This document shows positions 1-9,011 of a stretch of DNA of 64,000 bases, one piece after another. Below the pieces are notes generated by a model. It saw nothing but the letters and a program-made list of their open reading frames with translations, searched no databases and was not told where the DNA came from. The translations under genes were made by a program, and so were the position numbers. This DNA comes from Polyangiales bacterium (lineage in GTDB: Bacteria; Myxococcota_A; Polyangia; Polyangiales; Ga0077539): assembly GCA_044229975.1 (NCBI GenBank), contig JBGARZ010000005.1, forward strand, positions 384,001 through 448,000. Direction: 5' to 3'. The stretch's first letter is position 1, and every line of letters starts with the position of its first letter.

Positions 1-777
1 GCGCGCCACGTTGAGCCCGAGGATCACCGACGGCGTCCCGTCGCTGTACCCCCAGCAGAGCACCGCGCCGGCGGGGCGACGCACGCACACCTGCGCGATG
101 GACGTCGCGATCTGCACGGCCTCCGCCACGCCGCGGGCGACGCGGGGGAAGGGGTGCGGGCGGAAGGTTCCGTCGCCGAGCACGCGGGCGTCGCGGTCTT
201 GCGAACCCCAACAACGCACGGTGCCGTCGGAGAGCACGGCGCAGGTGTAGACGTCGCCCGCGGAGACGTCCGTCACCGTGAGGCAGCGACCGTTGGTTCC
301 GCAGGTGACGGGACAGCTCATGGGGCACGCGCCGCTGTCCGTGACCGGGACGTCGGTGACGGCGCCGTCGGTGGGGACGCCGCCATCGCCCGCGACAGAC
401 ACGGTGATGGGCGAGGCGCAGCGGCCGCCGGCGACGCAGGTTCCGCCGAGGCAGTCGCCGTCGTTGATGCAGCGGACGTAGCAGCGGCTGTCGGCGCAGC
501 GGGCGCCCTGCGGGCAGTCGGCCTCCGACGAACACAAGCGCGTGGCGCCTTCGGGAAGGCACACCCGCGCGCCCGTCACGGCGCTGGGGAGGCAGGGTCG
601 GCCGACGGGGCAGTCGCGGTCGCTGCGGCACGCCTCGCGGCAGTAACGATCGGCGCACACGAGGGGCTGGTCGCACTCGTCGCTGAAGGCGCAGGTGCCG
701 CCGCTCGGGACCTTGGAGGTGCACGAGAGCACGGCGAGAGAGGCGACGAAAAGCGCGGCGGCGAGCGGGCGGAACAT
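1..777 (-). CDS. Cys-rich lipoprotein with RCC1-like repeats (3' end lies outside the window)
   Basis: Manual translation from ATG 777: MFRPLAAALFVASLAVLSC (lipobox), Cys-rich repeats, then RCC1/BLIP-II-like VSAGDVYTCAVLSDGTVRCWG. Open to position 1, so absent from the ORF track. Confidence 0.8.
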   Translation of the reverse strand, partial: MFRPLAAALFVASLAVLSCTSKVPSGGTCAFSDECDQPLVCADRYCREACRSDRDCPVGRPCLPSAVTGARVCLPEGATRLCSSEADCPQGARCADSRCYVRCINDGDCLGGTCVAGGRCASPITVSVAGDGGVPTDGAVTDVPVTDSGACPMSCPVTCGTNGRCLTVTDVSAGDVYTCAVLSDGTVRCWGSQDRDARVLGDGTFRPHPFPRVARGVAEAVQIATSIAQVCVRRPAGAVLCWGYSDGTPSVILGLNVAR

Positions 778-1067
778 CGCGCCACACTATCAGCAAGCCG
801 TGCCGGAAATGGCAGATCGGCCCCGACCCGATGGGCTCCGCGGTTGTGTTGATCGGGTGGTGCGTGGACGGACGCAACCCGACAACCGCGAGGCCCAGCA
901 AGTGGGACCGCTGCCGCGAAGATCGATGGGCGCTTGCGCGTCGCATCGTCTACGCACCCGGAAGGATAGTTACCGCGGCGGTCGATCAGGGGGAGGACCT
1001 CGACCAGCCGCGGCGCCCTCAGGCAAGAGGGACCCTATCGCGGGTCGACGGGCTCACAAAGATTTCG

Positions 1068-2348
1068 TCACACCTCGGTCGAGGCGTGGATGAGGGCCTC
1101 GTACTGGGTCTGCACCCGCGTGAGCGCGATGGAGTCGAGGAAGGAGAGAAACGCGAACTCCGGCACCAGGGTCTTCCACCGACGAAGCCACGCCGGGATG
1201 AAGCGCGGGCGCTGGAGGATGCCGCGCCGCCGCAGGTGCACCATCGCGGTGAGGTCTTCGAGCGCGAGCCGACCGCAGACCAGGAGCTCCATCTCGTCGC
1301 GGAAGCCCTCGCGCACCACCGCGCTCAAGAACGCCTGCACGTCGAGCAGCCCCGCGAGGTAGACGGTGTCCTTGGTGAAGGGCGCGCCGCCCGTCAGAAC
1401 GCCGCCGCGAAACACCCGCTGCGCGTCGAGCCAGGCATCGCGCTCGGAGGTTCCGGTGTCGACGAGGTGACGGAAGACTTCGAGGAAGCTCGCACCCTGC
1501 TCGGCCATGTCGACCAGCAACACCCGGCCGGCGAGCCGCTGCATCCGGTCGATGGAGGCGCAGTGGTGGTGCAGCTCCGTAAACACCGCGAGGCCCTCCT
1601 GCATGCGTGTCGAGCGCGGACCGCCTACGCGAAGGAAGGGCGCCTCCAGTTGTGCTGCGCCGTTGTGCCCGGAGAGCGCGTGGGTCTCGACCTCGTGGTG
1701 CCACAGCGCGTCGGCTTCCCACGGCGAAAACGTCGCGTCGCCCCGCACGCGCACGCGGCTCATGCCCGCGACCACCTTGGCCGTCGCGTCGGGGTCGACC
1801 ACGATGTTGATGGCCATGGAGGGGTACTCACGCGCCACCCGCGCGCGCAGCATCGCGGCGAAGCCCTCGGCGTCGAGGGTCTCCACCTCGCCCTCGTCCT
1901 GGGCCTCGTCGGAGCCGTGCGGGCGGAGGCGTTCGAGCACGTGGTTGGCGAGGTCGATGTTGCGCTCGCGTCCGCCGTGGAAGCGCGTGCGGGCGCCGCC
2001 GTACAGATCCCGCGACAGCCGATAGAACTCCGTCGTGCCCATGGCGAGCAGCAGCCGGCAGGCGTCGCGCATGGAGCCGAGCGTCGAGCGCAGCCACACG
2101 GTCACCGGGTCGTCGCCGTCGAGGGAGTCTTCGGCGGCGGTGAGCTCGTCGACGCGCGCGTTGAGGCCGTCGCGGTCGATGTCGTAGGTCACCTCGGGGA
2201 GCGAGCCCGCGCCGTCGGCGAAGAAGCGCTCCTCCGCCGCGCGAGGCCACGCGATGGCTTCGAGCACCCGCACCTTCGCGCCGCCCTTCGCGAGCGTCTC
2301 GACCATCTGCAAGCGCTCGCGGAGCACGTCGTCGCCGGGGAGGGTCAT
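1068..2348 (-). CDS. QEGLA-motif / DUF1704 family metallopeptidase
   Basis: HHEVETH (HExxxH), MQEGLA, QRVFRGG and FTKDTVYLAG motifs. Confidence 0.85.
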   Translation of the reverse strand: MTLPGDDVLRERLQMVETLAKGGAKVRVLEAIAWPRAAEERFFADGAGSLPEVTYDIDRDGLNARVDELTAAEDSLDGDDPVTVWLRSTLGSMRDACRLLLAMGTTEFYRLSRDLYGGARTRFHGGRERNIDLANHVLERLRPHGSDEAQDEGEVETLDAEGFAAMLRARVAREYPSMAINIVVDPDATAKVVAGMSRVRVRGDATFSPWEADALWHHEVETHALSGHNGAAQLEAPFLRVGGPRSTRMQEGLAVFTELHHHCASIDRMQRLAGRVLLVDMAEQGASFLEVFRHLVDTGTSERDAWLDAQRVFRGGVLTGGAPFTKDTVYLAGLLDVQAFLSAVVREGFRDEMELLVCGRLALEDLTAMVHLRRRGILQRPRFIPAWLRRWKTLVPEFAFLSFLDSIALTRVQTQYEALIHASTEV

Positions 2349-2429
2349 CGCCCGGCAGCCTACCGCGAACGTCGCCAGAAACGCGGGGCCTGTTTACGTC
2401 GGCCGGTATGCTGCGGGCGGAGCACCGCC

Positions 2430-3404
2430 ATGGCCGCACGCCGCGTCGCACCCATCCCCCAGCTCGACCTCTTCGCCGGCCCCGACCCCCTCGCCGCGGT
2501 CTATCGAGACGCCGCGGCCGTCGCCGCTCGGCTTCCGCCGCGGCTGCATTTCGGGACGAGCTCGTGGTTCACGACGGGGTGGGCGGGGATCGTCTGGGCG
2601 CGCCGCTACACCGAGGCCGATCTCGCGCATGAGGGCCTCACCGAGTACGTGCGCCACCCGCTGCTCACCACCGTGGGCATCGACCGCAGCTACTACGCGC
2701 CCGTTCCGCCGGCGGACTTCGATCGGTACGCGGGGCAGCTCCCGTCTGGGTTTCGGTGCGTCATCAAGGCCCCAGCGTCGGTGATGTCCGCCACGCTGCC
2801 GCAGAAGGACCGCGACGCCCCGCTCGTCGCCAACCCCGACTACCTGTCGCCCGAGCGCTTCTACCGCGACCTCGGCGACGCGCTCGTCGGGCACTTCCTC
2901 CCGCACACCGCCTGCGTGCTGCTGGAGTTTCCGATGGCCTCGCGGGTGTTCACCGGCGACGCGAAGACCTTCGCGCGGCGGCTCGACGCCTTCCTCGCCG
3001 AGATGGACCCGCGGTTGTGTTTTGCCGTGGAGCTGCGCGACCCGGCGCTGCTCCAGACGGCCTATGCGCGCGTGCTCGACGAGCGTCGGGTCGCGCACGC
3101 ATACAACCTGCACTCGCACATGCCGCTGCCGGGGGCGCAGCGCGCGGTGGTGTCACTCAAGCACCAGCCCTTCGCGGTGGTGCGGTGGTCGCTGCCGCCG
3201 CACACGCACTACGACGAGCGGAAGCAGGCGTTGCTGCCCTTCGATCGGCTGCAGGACGTCGACCCGGCGCGGCGGGCAGACACGCTGTCGGTGATTCGAG
3301 AGGCGCTCGGAGACGGGCTGGAGACCTGGGTGCTCGTGAACAACAAGGCCGAGGGGTGTTCGCCGCTCACCATCCGGGCGCTGGCGGACGCGCTGGCGGG
3401 GTGA
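2430..3404 (+). CDS. DUF72 family protein
   Basis: GTSSW, TVGIDRSYY, IKAP, AVELR and NNKAEG motifs. Start placed at ATG 2430; the 831-2429 extension overlaps the opposite-strand gene. Confidence 0.85.
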   Translation: MAARRVAPIPQLDLFAGPDPLAAVYRDAAAVAARLPPRLHFGTSSWFTTGWAGIVWARRYTEADLAHEGLTEYVRHPLLTTVGIDRSYYAPVPPADFDRYAGQLPSGFRCVIKAPASVMSATLPQKDRDAPLVANPDYLSPERFYRDLGDALVGHFLPHTACVLLEFPMASRVFTGDAKTFARRLDAFLAEMDPRLCFAVELRDPALLQTAYARVLDERRVAHAYNLHSHMPLPGAQRAVVSLKHQPFAVVRWSLPPHTHYDERKQALLPFDRLQDVDPARRADTLSVIREALGDGLETWVLVNNKAEGCSPLTIRALADALAG

Positions 3405-3407
3405 CGT

Positions 3408-3573
3408 GGGGTGGGGACGGTTTCAGCTTTTCATGTTGTTACGGCTGCTCGGATCGTAACAACTTGAAAAGCTGAAACCGTTTCGCTGTTACGGCTGCTC
3501 GGATCGTAACAACTTGAAAAGCTGAAACCGTCCCCACCCCGTCCCAACTTGAAAACTTGAAACCGTCCCCACC
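3408..3573. repeat. REP-like palindromic element with internal duplication
   Basis: Perfect 26-bp inverted repeat at 3408-3433 / 3515-3540 (GGGGTGGGGACGGTTTCAGCTTTTCA). Identical 45-bp direct repeat at 3437-3481 / 3487-3531. Degenerate third arm at about 3545-3573. Confidence 0.9.
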
Positions 3574-3583
3574 CTCCCCCGCC

Positions 3584-5053
3584 ATGCGCCCGATGGACGG
3601 CTTCTCCTTCGCGATCGACCCCGACTCCGAGCACCCGGTGTACGCGCAGCTCGCCCGCGCCGTGATCGACGATGTGCTCCGCGGGCGGCTCCGTCCCGGC
3701 GATGCCCTCCCGGGCAGCCGCACCCTCGCCTCGACGCTCGGCGTCCACCGCAACACCGTCCTCACCGCCTGGGGTGAGCTCACCGCCGAAGGCTGGATCA
3801 CCACCCGCCCCGGCGGCGGAACCTTCGTCGCCCCATCGCTCCCCAACCACGCCCCGCGGCGCTTCTCCCCGCGCGCCCCGGTCGCCACGGCCATGCCCGA
3901 CCGGGTCGGCTTCTCCCTGCCCGACGCGCCGCCCTCCTGGGACGATCCGTGGGACGCCCCTCGCGGCGCCCTCGTGCTCGCGAGCGGCATGCCCGACCTG
4001 CGCCTCGTCCCCGTCGACGCTCTCGCTCGCGCCATCCGTCGAGCCCTCACCCAACACCGCGAGGCTGCCCTCGGCTACGGCGATTCGCAGGGCCACCCGA
4101 GGCTGCGCGCCGCCCTCGCCGCCATGCTCGCGTCGCACCGCGGCCTGCCCGTCGGTGCGCAAGACGTGGTCGTCACCGAGGGCAGCCAGATGGGCCTCGA
4201 CCTCGTCGCACGCGCCCTCTTGCGACCCGGCGACGTCGTGGCCGTCGAGTCCCTCGGCTACCCGCCCGCATGGAGCACCTTCGCGCAGACCGGCGCCCGC
4301 CTCGTCGGCGTCACCATCGACCGCGGCGGCCTCTCCATCGACGCGCTCGAAGCCCTTGTCGCCAAGGAGCGCGTGCGGATGATCTACGTCACGCCGCACC
4401 ACCAGTACCCCACCACGGTCACCCTCTCGGCCGAGCGACGACTCGCCCTCCTGGAGCTCGCCCGCAAGCACCGCATCGCGGTGGTGGAGGACGACTACGA
4501 CCATGAGTTCCACTACGAGGGCAGGCCGGTGTTGCCCCTCGCGAGCGCCGACCTCCACGGCGTCGTCCTCCACGTCGGAACCCTCTCCAAGGTCCTCGCC
4601 CCCGGCCTGCGCGTCGGCTACGTGGTCGCACCCGCGCCGGTGCGAGCGCGCCTGGTGGCGCTGCGACAGCACGCCGTGCGGCAGGGCGTGAGCGCCATGG
4701 AGATGGCCGTCGCCGACCTGCTGGAAGAGGGCGAGCTGCAACGCCACGCGCGACGCATGCGGCGGGTGTACGCGCGGCGTCGCGAGGTGCTGCGCGGCGC
4801 GCTCGCGGAGTCGCTGGGCGAGGTGCTCACGGTGCAACCATCGGGCGGGGCCATGGCGCTGTGGGCGCGGGCGGCGCGCGGCTTCGACCTCGAAGCGTGG
4901 ACGGCGCGGTGCCGCGACGCGGGCGTGTGGTTCGCGACGGGGCGACGGTTTGCCTTCGATGGGCGCCCACGACAGGCGGTGCGACTGGGCTTCGCATCGA
5001 GCACGGAGGCCGAGATCGGGGAGGCCGTGAAGCGCATGGCGCGCGGGGTGTGA
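3584..5053 (+). CDS. MocR/GabR-family GntR regulator with PLP-dependent aminotransferase domain (PdxR-like)
   Basis: wHTH LRPGDALPGSRTLASTLGVHRNTV, followed by YVTPHHQYPT, EDDYDHEF and GTLSKVLAPGLRVGY. Confidence 0.92.
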   Translation: MRPMDGFSFAIDPDSEHPVYAQLARAVIDDVLRGRLRPGDALPGSRTLASTLGVHRNTVLTAWGELTAEGWITTRPGGGTFVAPSLPNHAPRRFSPRAPVATAMPDRVGFSLPDAPPSWDDPWDAPRGALVLASGMPDLRLVPVDALARAIRRALTQHREAALGYGDSQGHPRLRAALAAMLASHRGLPVGAQDVVVTEGSQMGLDLVARALLRPGDVVAVESLGYPPAWSTFAQTGARLVGVTIDRGGLSIDALEALVAKERVRMIYVTPHHQYPTTVTLSAERRLALLELARKHRIAVVEDDYDHEFHYEGRPVLPLASADLHGVVLHVGTLSKVLAPGLRVGYVVAPAPVRARLVALRQHAVRQGVSAMEMAVADLLEEGELQRHARRMRRVYARRREVLRGALAESLGEVLTVQPSGGAMALWARAARGFDLEAWTARCRDAGVWFATGRRFAFDGRPRQAVRLGFASSTEAEIGEAVKRMARGV

Positions 5054-5103
5054 GGGCCGTTGGCGCTTCCGCCACGAGCGCCGTGGCTCTACGACTCCCC
5101 TCG

Positions 5104-6312
5104 ATGACCACGCTCCGCCGCGCCTGCTTCGCGATCGTTCTTCTCGTCGCGGCTTGCGACTCCCCCGCTGCCCCGACCGATGCGAGCACGGTCCGCGACG
5201 CCAGCGACGACCTCGCGCGCACCGACGTCGTCGCCGTCGATGCTCCCGTCGTCGATGCCACCGACGCCGGCGCCCAACGATGCACGCGCGCCCTCTCCGT
5301 CGAGCGCGTCGAAGACCTCGGCGCCTTCTCGCTCCCCTCGGACGCCGTGCTCTCCCGCGACGGCGTCTCCTCCGGCCTCTTCCGCGGCCGCCTCGCGTGG
5401 ACCTTCGGAGACACCTTCCTCACGCGCCGCAACCCCATCGACAACAGCTCGGTGCTCTCGGCCACCGCAGGCTGGAGCCGCGCCGACGCGCCCCTCACGC
5501 TCAGCGAACCCGTCGACGACGCGGGCTTTCCCAACCAGCTTGTTCCGTACACGGACGAGGAGCTGCGGGCCAACCGCGCCGACGCGCTCAACGGCTGGGC
5601 GCTGTGGCCCGGCGCCGTCATCGACACCGGCACCAACGAAGCCCTGCTGCTCTTCCAGCGCATCAAGCGCATCAACGGCTCCGGCTTCGAGAGCCAGGGC
5701 ATCGGGATGGCCCGCCTCACCGAGGGATCCACCCTCGCCGTTCGCGCTGGCGCCGACCTCTTCCCGGCGGTGGCCGACGCGGGCGTCCCGGTGCTCTACG
5801 GCTCCGGGGGCGCGAGCGTGCTCGAAGACACCGTGTACCTCTTCGCGTGCGGCAGCGTCGGCTTCCTCAACCAGGGCTGCCGCGTCGCCCGCGCGCCTCG
5901 CGCTCGCGCGGCGGAGCGGGCGGCGTATGAGTTCTTCGACGGCGCGCGCTGGGTCGCCGACATCGCGCGCGCGGCGGTGGTCATCGAGCAGATCGGCGGC
6001 GGCGTCTCCATCTCGCTCAACCCGCACCTCGGCTGCTACCTCGCCGTCACCGGCGGAACCCTCCACAGCTCCATCATCCTCCGCTCGTCAGAGCACCTGG
6101 AGTCGGGCTGGGGCCGCGCGTCGTCGGGGGTGACCATCGAAGCGACCGCTGATGGGGGCGTTCTTCCGGCGCCGGAAGGGTACGACTACCTCTTCCTCGA
6201 ACACCCCGCGCTGCGCTCGGCCGATGGTCGGCAGATCGTCGTCAGCTACTCGCGACCGCTGGGCAACTTCCGCGGCGAGGTGCGCCTCGTGCGTATCACC
6301 CTCGGGCGCTGA
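5104..6312 (+). CDS. DUF4185-like putative beta-propeller lipoprotein
   Basis: Lipobox VAAC; WTFGDTF, YEFFDGARW and EHPAL...VVSYS motifs. Confidence 0.6.
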   Translation: MTTLRRACFAIVLLVAACDSPAAPTDASTVRDASDDLARTDVVAVDAPVVDATDAGAQRCTRALSVERVEDLGAFSLPSDAVLSRDGVSSGLFRGRLAWTFGDTFLTRRNPIDNSSVLSATAGWSRADAPLTLSEPVDDAGFPNQLVPYTDEELRANRADALNGWALWPGAVIDTGTNEALLLFQRIKRINGSGFESQGIGMARLTEGSTLAVRAGADLFPAVADAGVPVLYGSGGASVLEDTVYLFACGSVGFLNQGCRVARAPRARAAERAAYEFFDGARWVADIARAAVVIEQIGGGVSISLNPHLGCYLAVTGGTLHSSIILRSSEHLESGWGRASSGVTIEATADGGVLPAPEGYDYLFLEHPALRSADGRQIVVSYSRPLGNFRGEVRLVRITLGR

Positions 6313-6341
6313 TCGCCGCCCAACCGTCGTACCATCGCGCG

Positions 6342-7688
6342 GTGTTCAACGATCAGACCGCGCCGCATCTCTGGGATGCGAAGGACCGCGCGCAGCTCAC
6401 CGAGCACCTCGTGACGCTGCGCGCGCAGTACGCGAAGTTTCTCATGCGCTGGACCATCATCGCGACGGTGCTCTGGTGGGTGACGGACCCGATCCTGCTC
6501 CGCCACGTGCCGGGAGGCGCGACGGCCTTCGGGCTCATGCGCATCAGCGCGGTCGTGGGCTCGTCGGTGGTGCTGCTCATCCTCCGTGGCGTGAACCGCC
6601 TCGAAGGTGCCCGCCTCGTCGCGTGCACGGTGGTCTGGTCTGTCTTCACTGCGTGCATGACGGCCAGCCTCTCGCGCCTCGGAAACTTCTCGACCCTGTG
6701 GTTTCACGGGTTCTACCCGGTGGTGATCGCGACGGCGTTCTTCCCCTTCCATTTCAAGGCCCGCGTGGTCTTCGCCACCATCATCGGCGCCTCGCTCCTC
6801 GGCGGCTTCGTGCTGGCGCGACCCGACGCAATGCGCCCGCCCTTCTTCGGCCCGACGGTGGGCTACATGGTCTTCACCGTCGGCGTCGGCATCGCCTTCG
6901 GGCACCGCTTCTTCCTCGTCACCTGCGAGGCGTTTCGCCAGCGCCTCGCCGTCGCCGCCCAACGCGAAGACCTGCGTCACCAGGTCGACCTCCGCACCGA
7001 AGAACTCCGTCGCCTCGCCGCGCACCTCGACCGCGGCGGCGAAGAGGAGCGCCGTCGCATCGCCCGCGAGCTCCACGACGAGCTCGGTCAGGGCGTCTCG
7101 GCGCTGCGCTACGCCCTCGCCACCACGCGCCGCCGCTTCGAGCGCGACCCGGCGACCATCGGCGTCAACATCGACGACCTCGACGAGCTCGTGCGGCGCG
7201 TGGCCGACAGCACCCGCGACGCGCTCACCCACCTCCGCCCGCGCATGCTCGACGACCTCGGGCTCACCGCCGCGGCCGAGTGGCTCGTCCAGAGCACCGT
7301 GGCGCGCGGAGGCATCGCCACGACGCTGCGCGTGGAGGGCACCGAGACCGCCACACACCGCGACGCCGACGGCGAGACCCGCGGGGCCGACCCGGTGAGC
7401 GTCGCGGCCTTTCGCATCCTCCAGGAGGCGCTCACCAACGTGACGAAGCACGCGGAGGCGACACGCGCGGAGGTGACCGTTCGCTTCGCCGAGACGCTGA
7501 CGCTGGAGGTCGACGACGACGGCGTCGGCCCGACGGCGGACGGCCCCGGCGGACGCGGCCTCGGGGTGCTCGGCATGCGCGAGCGGGCCCACGCCCTCGG
7601 CGGAACCTTCTCCCTGGAGCCCCGCCCTGGCGGCGGAACGCGCATGCGTTGCTCGCTGCCGCGCCCCGCGGCGGAGGTGTCGGGATGA
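6342..7688 (+). CDS. Membrane sensor histidine kinase (HisKA_3/NarX type)
   Basis: Multiple TM helices; ERRRIARELHDELGQ, QEALTNVTKHA, DDGVG and GLGVLGMRER motifs. Confidence 0.93.
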   Translation: MFNDQTAPHLWDAKDRAQLTEHLVTLRAQYAKFLMRWTIIATVLWWVTDPILLRHVPGGATAFGLMRISAVVGSSVVLLILRGVNRLEGARLVACTVVWSVFTACMTASLSRLGNFSTLWFHGFYPVVIATAFFPFHFKARVVFATIIGASLLGGFVLARPDAMRPPFFGPTVGYMVFTVGVGIAFGHRFFLVTCEAFRQRLAVAAQREDLRHQVDLRTEELRRLAAHLDRGGEEERRRIARELHDELGQGVSALRYALATTRRRFERDPATIGVNIDDLDELVRRVADSTRDALTHLRPRMLDDLGLTAAAEWLVQSTVARGGIATTLRVEGTETATHRDADGETRGADPVSVAAFRILQEALTNVTKHAEATRAEVTVRFAETLTLEVDDDGVGPTADGPGGRGLGVLGMRERAHALGGTFSLEPRPGGGTRMRCSLPRPAAEVSG

Positions 7689-8323
7689 TTCGCGTGGTGC
7701 TCGCGGACGACCACGCCATCGTGCTCGGCGGGCTGCAACGCCTGCTCGCGGAGACCGGCGACATCGAGGTGGTCGGCACCGCCGCGGATGGCCGTCAGGC
7801 GCTCAAGCTATGCCTCGGGGCGGGCCTCGCGTGGGACCTGCTCGTGCTCGACCTCTCGCTGCCGCGCGTCGGCGGTCAGGAGGTGCTGCGACGCGTGCGC
7901 GAGGCGCTGCCCGAGGCCCGCGTGGTGGTGCTCTCCATGTACCCCGAAGACCAGTACGCCCAGCAGCTCAGGCGCGACGGAGCCGCCGCGTACGTGTCCA
8001 AGTCCTCGCCGCCAGAGACCCTCGTCGACGCCATCCGCGCCGTGATGGCGCACGGGAGTTGGTCGCACCGCGAGACGCCGAAGGCGGGCGACGAGAGCGC
8101 CAGGGCGCCCGCCGAGGCGCTGCCCCACCGCTCGCTGTCTTCGCGCGAGCTCCAGGTCTTCAACCTGCTCTTCGAGGGGCAGACCGTCACGGACATCGCC
8201 GCGCAGCTCGACCTGCACGCGAGCACTGTCAGCAATCACCTCCGCTCCATCAAGACCAAGCTCAACGTCAACACCGTCGCGGAGATCGTCCGCTACGCGC
8301 ACCGCGTCGGCCTCATCGACTGA
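7685..8323 (+). CDS. NarL/LuxR family response regulator
   Basis: IRVVLADDH, LVLDLSLP and LSSRELQVF...IAAQL HTH. ATGA overlap with the kinase. Confidence 0.93.
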   Translation: MIRVVLADDHAIVLGGLQRLLAETGDIEVVGTAADGRQALKLCLGAGLAWDLLVLDLSLPRVGGQEVLRRVREALPEARVVVLSMYPEDQYAQQLRRDGAAAYVSKSSPPETLVDAIRAVMAHGSWSHRETPKAGDESARAPAEALPHRSLSSRELQVFNLLFEGQTVTDIAAQLDLHASTVSNHLRSIKTKLNVNTVAEIVRYAHRVGLID

Positions 8324-8441
8324 GCGGAGCCCAACATTTGTTTGGGTCCCAGACGCTGGATTCTCCGCAGTCACAAAGGTAGTTGCACGGTGTCGGGTGC
8401 CCTGTCGCGCGTCGCGGCAGAGGGCTCCGGGGAGCACGCGC

Positions 8442-8954
8442 ATGCAGCACCTCCGCCTCGCATTGTTCTTGTCGGTGACCGCCCTCAGCGGCTCGGCTCG
8501 CGCGCTGCCCGAGACCGGCGCCGCGATGCCCAGCTTCGCCGTCGACGCCATCGACGGATCACGGCACACGCAGGCCGACCTCCGCGGTCACTGGAGCGTC
8601 GCGCTCGTGATGACCGACAAGGACGTGAAGGACGACCTCGCCGCGTGGTGGGGCCGCCTCGAAGGAGCCCTGCCAGGGCGCGCGCACCTCTACACCTTCG
8701 CGGCGCTGAGCATCTTCCCGCTCGTCCCGACGGCGCTGCTCATCGACCAGGCCCGCGGGTCGACGCCGCGCCCGCTGTGGTCGTCGGTGTGGTTCTCCCG
8801 CGACGGCAGCTTCGCGCGCTCGCTCGGCCTGCCCGAAGAAGAGACCCCCTGGGTGGTGGTGATCCACCCCGATGGCCACGTGGCGTTCACGCTGCACGAG
8901 CGCGTCTCCGCGCAGGGCCTGTCGCGCGTCCTCGCGGCGCTGCCGCCTCCGTAG
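8442..8954 (+). CDS. Secreted thioredoxin-like fold protein without CxxC (YtfJ/ATP10-like)
   Basis: Signal peptide; GAAMPSFAVDAIDG...ADLRG; PWVVVIHPDGHV. Confidence 0.55.
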   Translation: MQHLRLALFLSVTALSGSARALPETGAAMPSFAVDAIDGSRHTQADLRGHWSVALVMTDKDVKDDLAAWWGRLEGALPGRAHLYTFAALSIFPLVPTALLIDQARGSTPRPLWSSVWFSRDGSFARSLGLPEEETPWVVVIHPDGHVAFTLHERVSAQGLSRVLAALPPP

Positions 8955-9011
8955 GCGCGCCCGTCGACTCCGGAAGCCTTCCGCACAACCCCTGAAGGGA
9001 CACACCCCCCG

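Noticed and set aside
831..2429. N-terminal extension making an 857-aa DUF72 protein
   Set aside because: Antisense shadow of the QEGLA gene; homology begins at ATG 2430.
3408..3573. CRISPR mini-array or intact IS ends
   Set aside because: The segments between the arms are identical rather than unique; no transposase or clear target duplication.
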